64,000 nt of DNA. It comes from Candidatus Woesearchaeota archaeon (GTDB taxonomy: Archaea > Nanobdellota > Nanobdellia > Pacearchaeales > GW2011-AR1). The stretch spans positions 49,381 to 113,380 of the forward strand of contig CAZHCL010000001.1 of the NCBI GenBank assembly GCA_964530955.1, in the 5' to 3' direction. Under the pieces are notes generated by a model. The model had not been told where the DNA came from. It saw nothing but the letters and a program-made list of their open reading frames with translations, and did no database searches. The first letter of the stretch is position 1, and each line of letters starts with the position of its first letter. Both the position numbers and the translations under genes were made by a program. Shown piece after piece: positions 56,209 to 64,000 of the stretch.

Positions 56209-56382
56209 CTATCTATTTCTTTCGCTTCTTGCGTAATGGTTAATTATCCAACCTATAGAGATTATGACTATGATTAAAGGAATCCAAGGTAAGTCTATAT
56301 TGATAAGATTCAAATCCCTTAGCAGCCAGACTAATGCAAATATAAGAACTATAACTGCGAATGTTGGGAATCTTCTTTTCAT
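56209..56382 (-). CDS. Small two-TM membrane protein (57 aa), absent from ORF track
   Basis: MKRRFPTFAVIVLIFALVWLLRDLNLINIDLPWIPLIIVIISIGWIINHYARSERNR*. Confidence 0.65.
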   Translation of the reverse strand: MKRRFPTFAVIVLIFALVWLLRDLNLINIDLPWIPLIIVIISIGWIINHYARSERNR

Positions 56383-56463
56383 GAAATAAGAATGAAATCA
56401 AACTATTTAAAATTTAACTTTTTGTAGTATTTGATAAATTTAGAAGGATTAATCATTTTATTT

Positions 56464-57177
56464 CTACTCTTTGGCTATATTCCACAAATCATTAAATATA
56501 AGAATCATAGAATTAGCGTGATCTTTTGATTTTATCTTTATTGCAGATATTTCATATTGGAATATAATATGATAGGCAAAATCATCAAATAAAAATATAG
56601 CCTCCTTTGAATCTTTAAGCGATTCTAAGAATTTTACTTCGGTATATTTATCCTGCAAAATCTTTCTTGATTCATTTGAGACTTCTAATATCTGCTTTAT
56701 TTTAATTTTGTTTTCAATTCTTCTTGTTCTGAATTTTTCTGGGTGGTAACCTATCTTCTCTAAGGCATTTCCAATACTCCCTATTACTTTTAGATTCTTA
56801 GAATTGCTTAAGATTTCATCGAATATCTTGAGAATTGCGTTTTTACCTTGAAATACTTCTGCATAAGGTTTGTCACCTATTTGATTTTGCATTTTCTTTA
56901 AGTCGGGAAGTATTTTAGCTAAAATGTCATTTTTCTCGGCTAACATTGCATTGAGTGATTCTGGAGGATTGGAAATAAAGTAAGTCTTACTCTCCTTTAT
57001 ACATGTGCTTATCAAACCAAGATTCTTTAATTTTTCAAGGATATCGTAGGTTGTGCTTCGGGGCAAGCCAGATAATTCAGATATCCTATTAGCTGTAGCC
57101 TCTCCTTTTTTTAAGCAAACTAGATATACATTAGCTTCCTTTTCCGATAAACCTAAATCTATTAGTTCTTGTTGCAT
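56464..57177 (-). CDS. TrmB-family transcriptional regulator
   Basis: LIDLGLSEKEANVYL.CL..GEATAN.IS..SGLPRSTTYDILEKL..LGLI. Confidence 0.88.
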   Translation of the reverse strand: MQQELIDLGLSEKEANVYLVCLKKGEATANRISELSGLPRSTTYDILEKLKNLGLISTCIKESKTYFISNPPESLNAMLAEKNDILAKILPDLKKMQNQIGDKPYAEVFQGKNAILKIFDEILSNSKNLKVIGSIGNALEKIGYHPEKFRTRRIENKIKIKQILEVSNESRKILQDKYTEVKFLESLKDSKEAIFLFDDFAYHIIFQYEISAIKIKSKDHANSMILIFNDLWNIAKE

Positions 57178-57257
57178 GTCTTGATAGAGTATTTTATTCT
57201 TATAAATGTTATTATTGTCGGTCTAAAGCGACGGCATAATATTAAATATAGTTGTAA

Positions 57258-58148
57258 TTGATAAATAGTAACATGATAGAAATAAATCTCTCAAGTAATG
57301 TAATCTCCTTGCCTACTCCTTGGTGGTCGAATGGTGGTGGCTTCTTTGGAAGTAAATACATTGAAGGAGATGATAGCGTAGAAGGTTATTTGCCTGGAAA
57401 AGTAGAAAGATTAAAAGAAAGAACAGAAAGAGAAGTAGATGGAATCATAAAACTTCTCCACTTAAAAAAAGAAGAAAAGATATTAGATGTTCCTTGCGGA
57501 TATGGAAGACATACTATCGAACTTTTATTTAGAGGGTATAGTGCTATGGGATTAGATATAAATCAAACACATATCTCAGAAGCTGAAAAAAGACTACATC
57601 TAAGATATAAAGGAACAAACCAGAATACTCCGTTTAAGCCTGCGACCTATCAGTATTTTGGGATTGGAGATATGAGAAAGGTAGTAAGTAGAAAAAGTTT
57701 AATTGAATCTTGCAACGCAATAATTAATATGTTTTACTCATTTGGATTTTTTGAAGATGAAAAAGATAATGAAAAAGTCATGGAAGAATTCTTTAAAACA
57801 TTGAAGTCTAATGGACAGTTATTAATCCATAGCGATGTATCTCCTGAGATTATCTCATCTGGAAAATATAGATTCGATGAAACTAGAAGTTTAACGTCTG
57901 GCAAGAAACTTCATATTAGAGAAGAGTATAACCCGCAAACTAAGAGAATAAATGGAACTTGGACTATAATCGGAGAGAACAAACATCAAGAAAAACTTAC
58001 ACCCTATAGTGTAAGAATCTATTCAGTTCAGGAATTCGAAAAAATGGCTAAAAGAAAGGGTTTTAGAGATGTAAGATTTTTCGGTTCTTTTGAAGGGGAA
58101 AAATTCACTAAAGAATCTAAAGAATTAATTATGATAGCCAAAAAATAA
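57258..58148 (+). CDS. Class I SAM-dependent methyltransferase
   Basis: ILDVPCGYGRH, GLDIN, GDMR, NMFYSFGFF, L..NGQLLI. Confidence 0.88.
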   Translation: MINSNMIEINLSSNVISLPTPWWSNGGGFFGSKYIEGDDSVEGYLPGKVERLKERTEREVDGIIKLLHLKKEEKILDVPCGYGRHTIELLFRGYSAMGLDINQTHISEAEKRLHLRYKGTNQNTPFKPATYQYFGIGDMRKVVSRKSLIESCNAIINMFYSFGFFEDEKDNEKVMEEFFKTLKSNGQLLIHSDVSPEIISSGKYRFDETRSLTSGKKLHIREEYNPQTKRINGTWTIIGENKHQEKLTPYSVRIYSVQEFEKMAKRKGFRDVRFFGSFEGEKFTKESKELIMIAKK

Positions 58149-58167
58149 TAATTTTAGTGAATATTAA

Positions 58168-58335
58168 TTACAAATCTCTAGCCTGCAAAGTTCTTCTGCC
58201 ATTTAACTTCGCCCTCAAAGCACCTGCATCAAGGATTTCCTGGACTTTCTTATTTAGAGCCTCTGGAACATCTCCAGCAACTGAAAGGTCTGGCACTGAT
58301 GCCTTGATTTTGCTTTTTATTATTATATCAGTCAT
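58168..58335 (-). CDS. Short histone-fold protein (55 aa), absent from ORF track
   Basis: MTDIIIKSKIKASVPDLSVAGDVPEALNKKVQEILDAGALRAKLNGRRTLQARDL*; R-x-T-x4-D histone L2/alpha3 motif; ATGA overlap with the lysS stop. Confidence 0.82.
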   Translation of the reverse strand: MTDIIIKSKIKASVPDLSVAGDVPEALNKKVQEILDAGALRAKLNGRRTLQARDL

Positions 58336-59843
58336 TTACTTTCCCCTTTCTTGGATTCATTTTTTGAATCTAATGGTTTCATAAATGGAAATAGAATAAT
58401 ATCTCTTATTGATTCCTGGCCTGTTAATAATATTACTAATCTGTCTATACCTAGTCCTATTCCACCCGTAGGAGGCATTCCTACCTCTATGGCATTGATA
58501 AAATCTTCATCGAGAGGATTTGCTTCTTCATTTCCTCCAGAAAGCTCTTTCTGTTGGTCTTCAAGCAATTTTCTCTGCAACACAGGATCATTCAATTCCG
58601 AATATGCATTTCCTAGTTCTGCACCTAAACAAAATGGCTCAAATCTTTCTATCAATCTATTTTCTTTATCTTTTCTATGAGCTTTACAAAGAGGCGTCGT
58701 TTCTGCAGGATGATCTATTATAAATGTAGGTTGGATTAAATTTTTCTCGCAGAAGTGTTCGAAAATCGACTGCACTGCCCAACCCCAGGTGTGACCTTTT
58801 AATTCTACTCTATTTTCCTCGGCAAATGATATAAGTTCTCTAGCATCCATCTTCAAAACATCTATCTTTGCATATTTCTTTACTGCTTCAGCCATGGTCA
58901 TTCTTTTCCAAGGAGTTTTGAAATCAAGTTCTACATCTCCCACTTTTACTTTTGTAGAACCATTAACTTTCTTAGCCGCATTTTCACATATTTCTTCAAA
59001 AAGAACCATCATATCATTATAATCTGAATAGGCTTCGTATATTTCCATCATTGTAAATTCAGGATTATGCCATTTGTCTATTCCTTCATTTCTGAAATTA
59101 CGAGCAATGGTAAATACTTTTTCATAACCTCCAACGATTAATCTTTTTAAGTAAAGTTCAGGAGAAATAGATAAGAATAATGGAATATTCAATGCGTTCA
59201 AATGTGTTCTGAATGGTTTTGCAGCAGCACCTCCGTGCAAAGTCTGAAGATATGGAGTGTCTACTTCTTTGAAATCTTTATTTTTTAAAAATTCTCTTAT
59301 TGAATCAACTATCTTTTCTCTTTTATCAAAAACTGCACGAACTTCTGGACTCATTATCAAATCAAGATATCTTTTTCTATATCTTTCTTCTTTGTCTTCT
59401 AGGCCATGCCACTTATCCGGTAGAGGCAATAGAGATTTTGATAATATTTCTGCCTTATTCAATAGAATTGAAAGCTCTCCTCTTTTTGTTCTCAAAATTA
59501 TCCCTTCAACTCCTACAAAATCCCCAACATCGAGATATTTCTTGAAAAAATCCTGAACTTCCTTTGGAGTTTCTGGATCCTGAAGAAGAACCTGAATTTT
59601 TCCTGAATTGTCCTGCATAACTCCGAACGCTATTTTCCCCAAATCTCTGAAACCGACCAATCTTCCTGCAAACTTTACCTTATCTTTTGTTTTTTTCTCG
59701 GAAGCTAATTTAGAATATTTTTCCTGCAATTGCAAAGCGTAATCTTTTTTATCGTAGCTGTAGGGATAGGGATTTATTCCTTGCTTTCTTAATTCGCTTA
59801 TTTTTTTCAATCTCTCCTTAACAATCTCATCCTGTCTTCCCAT
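58332..59843 (-). CDS. lysS: Lysyl-tRNA synthetase, class II
   Basis: GINPYP, OB-fold GK.AF, RYRKRYLDLI, GGAAAKPF.TH, ISPELYLKRLIVGG, FRNEG, HNPEFT.ME, MPPTGG.G.GIDRL. Confidence 0.97.
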   Translation of the reverse strand: MGRQDEIVKERLKKISELRKQGINPYPYSYDKKDYALQLQEKYSKLASEKKTKDKVKFAGRLVGFRDLGKIAFGVMQDNSGKIQVLLQDPETPKEVQDFFKKYLDVGDFVGVEGIILRTKRGELSILLNKAEILSKSLLPLPDKWHGLEDKEERYRKRYLDLIMSPEVRAVFDKREKIVDSIREFLKNKDFKEVDTPYLQTLHGGAAAKPFRTHLNALNIPLFLSISPELYLKRLIVGGYEKVFTIARNFRNEGIDKWHNPEFTMMEIYEAYSDYNDMMVLFEEICENAAKKVNGSTKVKVGDVELDFKTPWKRMTMAEAVKKYAKIDVLKMDARELISFAEENRVELKGHTWGWAVQSIFEHFCEKNLIQPTFIIDHPAETTPLCKAHRKDKENRLIERFEPFCLGAELGNAYSELNDPVLQRKLLEDQQKELSGGNEEANPLDEDFINAIEVGMPPTGGIGLGIDRLVILLTGQESIRDIILFPFMKPLDSKNESKKGESK

Positions 59844-59884
59844 ATTTTCAGATAGGGGAAGGCATTTAAATATCTTTAGAAGGA

Positions 59885-60160
59885 CTAGAAAGTTATTATC
59901 CTGAAATCCTTAAACCCTTGAAAGCGTTCTGGCTTTTCCTCAAAGCCTCTTATTTGCGCATATTTGGGACCTTTCTTGCATACTGCACAGGCAGCATCTA
60001 CATCGGCTGCATCTCCTTCAAGAAAAACCTCTCCTCTTCCATCTTCCAATCTTCTGAAAAATCCTTTTACGTTAAGTTTTTCCACATTTTCCTTTATGAA
60101 CAAACGGAAAAACATTGATTGAATAGTGCCCGTTAAATAAAGACGTATTGCTTTCTTCAT
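59885..60160 (-). CDS. Acylphosphatase-fold protein, degenerate active site
   Basis: GTIQSMFFR, KGFFRRLEDG, CKKGP.YA.I, F.DFRI. Confidence 0.8.
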   Translation of the reverse strand: MKKAIRLYLTGTIQSMFFRLFIKENVEKLNVKGFFRRLEDGRGEVFLEGDAADVDAACAVCKKGPKYAQIRGFEEKPERFQGFKDFRIITF

Positions 60161-60191
60161 AAAAATTACTAGAAAATCTGCTTAATATAAC

Positions 60192-60962
60192 TTACTCTAC
60201 CTTATCTTCTTCTTTATTTGGACTCTGGAGAGGTTTTTCAGGAAACCTCTCACTTATAAGTCTCAAATGAGAGACTGCTTTCCACTCTTTTCCCAGAAGT
60301 TTGGCTGCCTGCTTATCCATATCCATAGGCATTCCAGCCAAGATAGAACCTTGTTCTGAAGCATCAATTACTGCTAAATCAGGCAATTTACATACTAAAA
60401 TATCATTCAAAGAGAATTTTAATGGCCAGCGTCTTATCTTGCTTTTAGCTTTTGAGAATAGACCTTTATAATATCTTGCAGGGAAAGCACCAATCATGTT
60501 TGACAAAGAACCAGCCATTTCAAGCTCCGAATCTTCGCCAAGCTTAGGAAGAGAAACTACAAATGATTCAAGAAGAATCTTAGGATACATAACTGAATCA
60601 AATTTCATAAGATTTGCATTAACAACCTCTTCAGCTTCTGTGTTATTAAGATCTATAAGTCCTATTGAATACTTTTCCGCAAGATTCTTGTATCCAAGCT
60701 TTTCAAACACTTGAAATGTTTCTTCTCCGTCAGAACCCTCTGCAATGAATATCTGTGACTGAGGAGCCTTGTTCGCTAGGCAGTACTTAAGAACTGCTTC
60801 AGTGAACTCTAAAGAGGTATGAGGAGAATCTGAATTCTTCAAAGAAGGCTTTAATATAATCTTGTCATGATTTTGCAATTCTTTGTCGAACTTGATAACC
60901 TCTAAAAGTTTTGGAACTGTCTCTGCGTACGATTTGAATTTGATAGAAACTCCTTTTGTCAT
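60192..60962 (-). CDS. DUF362-domain protein
   Basis: IILKP.L, T..EF.EAV, IAEGS, LIDLN, VSLPKL, LAVIDA. Confidence 0.7.
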   Translation of the reverse strand: MTKGVSIKFKSYAETVPKLLEVIKFDKELQNHDKIILKPSLKNSDSPHTSLEFTEAVLKYCLANKAPQSQIFIAEGSDGEETFQVFEKLGYKNLAEKYSIGLIDLNNTEAEEVVNANLMKFDSVMYPKILLESFVVSLPKLGEDSELEMAGSLSNMIGAFPARYYKGLFSKAKSKIRRWPLKFSLNDILVCKLPDLAVIDASEQGSILAGMPMDMDKQAAKLLGKEWKAVSHLRLISERFPEKPLQSPNKEEDKVE

Positions 60963-61042
60963 GAATTTTTAGAATATCCCTTGCTTTTAAATATTGTTGT
61001 AATCTGTTTAGTAATAAAAAACAAGTAGTTTTGAGAAAATAA

Positions 61043-61699
61043 TTACTCCTCGTCTAAAATTTCTTCCTCTTTTTCAGAACTTAAGGGTAATCTGCCATCT
61101 GATTCTCTTCTGTCGAGCTCATTATTTACAACCGCAATTGTTTGCGAAGCAAAGTAAACTTTTGGCCCGATATTTACATGATTGCATATCTGTTTAAGTC
61201 TTTTCAATTCTTTTAGAGGAAGACCTTTATGGTCGCCTAAAATAAAAATAGGGTCTTTTCCTATTTCTGCAGTTCTTATATCCTCTCCGTTTGGGTCAAG
61301 AATGTAAATATTTCTTCCTTCTTCAGAAAGAGATTTGACAACTTCCATAAAACCTTTCTTTTCAATCCAGAATCCTGGAAATACTTCTTTTCTCTCTCCT
61401 TCTCTGTATTTGTAAAGCATTTTCTTCAAAACGGCAGAGACATTTGTCTTAGCAAGATAAATTTTGTCTACTCCTGTTTTTCCTTCTGTAACTGGCATTA
61501 ATTCTAAGTGTTTTTGAGGGTCTGGAGGTCCTGCAAAACAAAGATGCAATTTTGCGTCTGCTCTTAGTTTATGACTTAGAAAAAAAGTTGCAATAACTGT
61601 ATGAATAGCTATGTCTATTCTCCCCGATTCCTGTAGGTCTTCCTTGATATAGCTGCCGGAGGTTGGTGCAGTCCTTGAATAATAAATGAATTCTCTCAT
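61043..61699 (-). CDS. trmY: tRNA (pseudouridine54-N1)-methyltransferase (SPOUT)
   Basis: MREF, GRID, FFLSH.LR, FILGDHKGL, IGPK..FASQ.I..VNNELD. Confidence 0.88.
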   Translation of the reverse strand: MREFIYYSRTAPTSGSYIKEDLQESGRIDIAIHTVIATFFLSHKLRADAKLHLCFAGPPDPQKHLELMPVTEGKTGVDKIYLAKTNVSAVLKKMLYKYREGERKEVFPGFWIEKKGFMEVVKSLSEEGRNIYILDPNGEDIRTAEIGKDPIFILGDHKGLPLKELKRLKQICNHVNIGPKVYFASQTIAVVNNELDRRESDGRLPLSSEKEEEILDEE

Positions 61700-61777
61700 A
61701 AACAGCTTAGAAAATGAGGACTTTTAAGCTTTAGCCTTGAGAAAGAGTTAAAAACAGCCAATGACCTATAGAAATGT

Positions 61778-62377
61778 ATGACTACTATAACAGGTATATT
61801 TATTTATACTTTGCTACATTACCCTAAGGTAATGGCCTTCGGTGCAGGAATATTGGCTGAAGAACTCTTGCTATTCCTTTCTTTTCTCTCAGGGCATAAT
61901 CTTATTGATTTTAAAACAGTACTAATTTTTGGATTCCTGGGGGCTATGGTTATCGACTCTATCTATTATTTTATTGCAAGATCGAGTTTCTTTAAAAAAT
62001 ATATTGAAAATAGGATGAAATCAATCAGAAGTATAGGCCTAATTAAAAAGATAGATAAATTTGCAAATCATAATATATTTATAACTTTATTTTTAAGCAA
62101 ATTTATATATGGGCCGAGAACAATAGTAATTTTGAATTTTGCTTCTAATGGAATGAAATATAGAAAATTTTTATACAATGACGTTCTTGCTATGCTTTTG
62201 TGGTACATCCTACTGCCTCCTCTTGCCTGGGCTGCTGGACACGGACTAATTTCATCTTATGGAGCGGTTAAAGAGATTGAGAAAACAATAGGAATAGCGA
62301 TACTTTTCATGATAGCAATATATTTCATAACGGAGCATATCGCACTTAGAGTGATAAGAGTAAAAAAGAAAAAATAA
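61778..62377 (+). CDS. DedA/VTT-family membrane protein
   Basis: AEE.LL, GA...DSIYY.IAR, FLSKFIYGPR. Confidence 0.8.
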   Translation: MTTITGIFIYTLLHYPKVMAFGAGILAEELLLFLSFLSGHNLIDFKTVLIFGFLGAMVIDSIYYFIARSSFFKKYIENRMKSIRSIGLIKKIDKFANHNIFITLFLSKFIYGPRTIVILNFASNGMKYRKFLYNDVLAMLLWYILLPPLAWAAGHGLISSYGAVKEIEKTIGIAILFMIAIYFITEHIALRVIRVKKKK

Positions 62378-62385
62378 GATCAATC

Positions 62386-63258
62386 TTAATTGAAAACAAA
62401 CTCGGGCACTGCAACTATTTCTTTTTTACCAATAAAATTATAACAGCCAACAAAAATATCTTTTGTGTAAACGCAAATCTTATCACCTTCCTGAATATTT
62501 TTTATCTCTTTATCATTTTCAAGAAAGCTGTTGAAAATTGGACTTCCTGAAAGAACCTTCTTCAAAACCTGCTTTTTTATATTTACAATGGGAAGAATTT
62601 CAGCAACAATTTCCGCAGGAATAATGATATCTCTAAGGGGTTTGCTGTTTCCTTTTTCATGCTCTGAAATTACTTTTTCCAACTCATAAAGTGAAATCAA
62701 TCCTTTTTCTGAAAATATACTTGCATTTGTTCTGCGTAGTTCAAGCATATGCGCGCCCCCCATTTCCTTGCCCATGTCGTCACATAACTTTCTTATATAG
62801 GTCCCTGCCTGAACTTCCGTCTCAAAAAGAACATCTTTCGCCTCAATCTCAAGTATTTTAAAAGAAATTATTTCTCTTTCTCTTATTGCTCTTTTTACCC
62901 TAGATTTTTTAGGAGGCAGCTGCATTATCTTGCCTATAAATTTATCAATTACTCTTTTTAATTCATTTTCACTTATTTCCTTATGAAGACGCATTACTCC
63001 TACATAAGTTTTATTTCTGTGCATTAAGTATTCGTTTAAACGGCAAGCTCTTCCTAATAAAACAGGTAGAACTCCTGAAACCATCGGGTCAAGAGTGCCG
63101 AGATGGGATGTTTTATTTAAGCCAAGAGATTTTCTAACAAAATCAGATACTGAAAAAGAAGTAGGACCTGACGGTTTGTCAATATTTATTATGCCAAAAT
63201 GTAAAAGCTCTTCTATTGATTTTGATTCTTTTATTTTTTCTAGGTTTAATTTTTCCAT
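62386..63258 (-). CDS. truB: Pseudouridine synthase Cbf5/TruB
   Basis: GIINIDKPSGPTS, HLGTLDP.VSGVLP, Q.PP..S.VKR..R.R, AGTYIRKLC, M.ELRR; ATG at 63258 preferred. Confidence 0.93.
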   Translation of the reverse strand: MEKLNLEKIKESKSIEELLHFGIINIDKPSGPTSFSVSDFVRKSLGLNKTSHLGTLDPMVSGVLPVLLGRACRLNEYLMHRNKTYVGVMRLHKEISENELKRVIDKFIGKIMQLPPKKSRVKRAIREREIISFKILEIEAKDVLFETEVQAGTYIRKLCDDMGKEMGGAHMLELRRTNASIFSEKGLISLYELEKVISEHEKGNSKPLRDIIIPAEIVAEILPIVNIKKQVLKKVLSGSPIFNSFLENDKEIKNIQEGDKICVYTKDIFVGCYNFIGKKEIVAVPEFVFN

Positions 63259-63259
63259 A

Positions 63260-63964
63260 TTATATTTTTCCTTTGAGATAATCTTTTCTTTTAGCTTCTG
63301 GGAACTTCTCGATTGCATATCTTAACATTGTTCTGGGCATATTAGTGTAATATTTATTCAAAAATGTTTCTTCTGCTTTCAAATCTCTCTTTCCCACTTC
63401 TCTAAGCATCCAGCCTACTGCCTTATGAATTAAATCTTCTTTATCAGTCAATAATATTTTTGATATCTTAAATGTGTCATCAAAGTCCTTATTTACTATA
63501 AATGCAGCCGTCGAAATTATTGAAATGCGTCTTTCCCACAAGTTTTTTGATTTAGCTAATTTGTAAAGAACCTCTCTCTTTTTGCCTATGAGATATTTTC
63601 CAATTATGTATAAAGCAGATGTATCAACTAAATCCCAATTATTGATACTTTTTGTATTTTTGAGATAAAAATCATATATTTCTTTCTTTTCTTTTTCGTT
63701 CCCCGAATCAAATTTCATTACAAGTATTTCAAGAGCAATGAATCTTTCTTCATGTATTTTTGATTTTAAAAGTTTCTCAGTTTCTTTCAAGGTAATAGAT
63801 TTATGTTTCATCCCCACCTTTCTCACTTCAGGCACTGAAATTCCAAGAAAAATGTCTCCTTCGGCATATTCGCCCTTTCCGGTCTTGAAGTATCTTTGAA
63901 GGAGCTTTGCTTTTTCAAGGTCTGCTATTTTTCTTAAATCTATTCTTATATCATTTAATGACAT
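63260..63964 (-). CDS. DNA alkylation repair protein (AlkD-like HEAT-repeat glycosylase)
   Basis: YFKTGKGEYAEGD.F.G, INNWDLVD, NLWERR, DLIHKAVGWMLREVGK, PRTMLRYAIE. Confidence 0.9.
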   Translation of the reverse strand: MSLNDIRIDLRKIADLEKAKLLQRYFKTGKGEYAEGDIFLGISVPEVRKVGMKHKSITLKETEKLLKSKIHEERFIALEILVMKFDSGNEKEKKEIYDFYLKNTKSINNWDLVDTSALYIIGKYLIGKKREVLYKLAKSKNLWERRISIISTAAFIVNKDFDDTFKISKILLTDKEDLIHKAVGWMLREVGKRDLKAEETFLNKYYTNMPRTMLRYAIEKFPEAKRKDYLKGKI

Positions 63965-64000
63965 AAATAATCTAGAAATTGATGGATTATAATATTAACG

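Noticed and set aside
1-64000. Genome-wide reassignment of TGA (Trp/Gly/Cys) to explain the interrupted giant gene
   Set aside because: TGA ends well-conserved genes at their expected C-termini (tuf 26455, nreA 22826, ogg 35732, lysS 58332), aRF1 has normal NIKS/YxCxxxF motifs, and no other long gene has internal TGA.
1-64000. CRISPR array, rRNA, transposase, integrase or DGR reverse transcriptase
   Set aside because: No regularly spaced repeats, long GC-rich RNA blocks or matching protein motifs were seen by eye.

Overview
AT-rich (roughly one-third GC by eye), gene-dense chromosomal segment of an archaeon, most likely a genome-reduced DPANN lineage such as Pacearchaeota or Woesearchaeota. 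That assignment is an inference from archaeal-type TBP, MCM, aRF1, aIF2-beta, Hjc, Dys, TrmY and Rpp30, an AMP phosphorylase, the near-absence of biosynthetic genes and many apparently leaderless genes. Most of the window is informational housekeeping: valS, serS, pheS/pheT, class II lysS, EF-1alpha, DNA repair glycosylases and tRNA-modification enzymes. It also holds two tRNA genes: tRNA-Asn(GUU) with two introns (15/16 and 37/38) and an intron-less tRNA-Trp(CCA). Several small genes are missing from the ORF track: Sec61beta, a short histone-fold protein and a ribbon-helix-helix regulator. The standout accessory locus is a ~10 kb operon (44941-55195): an RHH regulator, two pilin-like class III signal-peptide proteins and giant Cys-rich surface proteins with a Gly-rich hydrophobic core. 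The surface protein occurs once as a fused ~1280-codon frame and once split into two genes. The fused frame is interrupted by two in-frame TGA codons, the second sitting in a perfect 12-bp hairpin. Other notable items are a 59-nt, 71%-GC double-hairpin candidate ncRNA with its own TATA box, a repeat-bearing nuclease whose stop codon lies inside tRNA-Trp, an acylphosphatase-UppS fusion and a bacterial-type MnmA. No CRISPR array, rRNA, transposase or integrase was seen.
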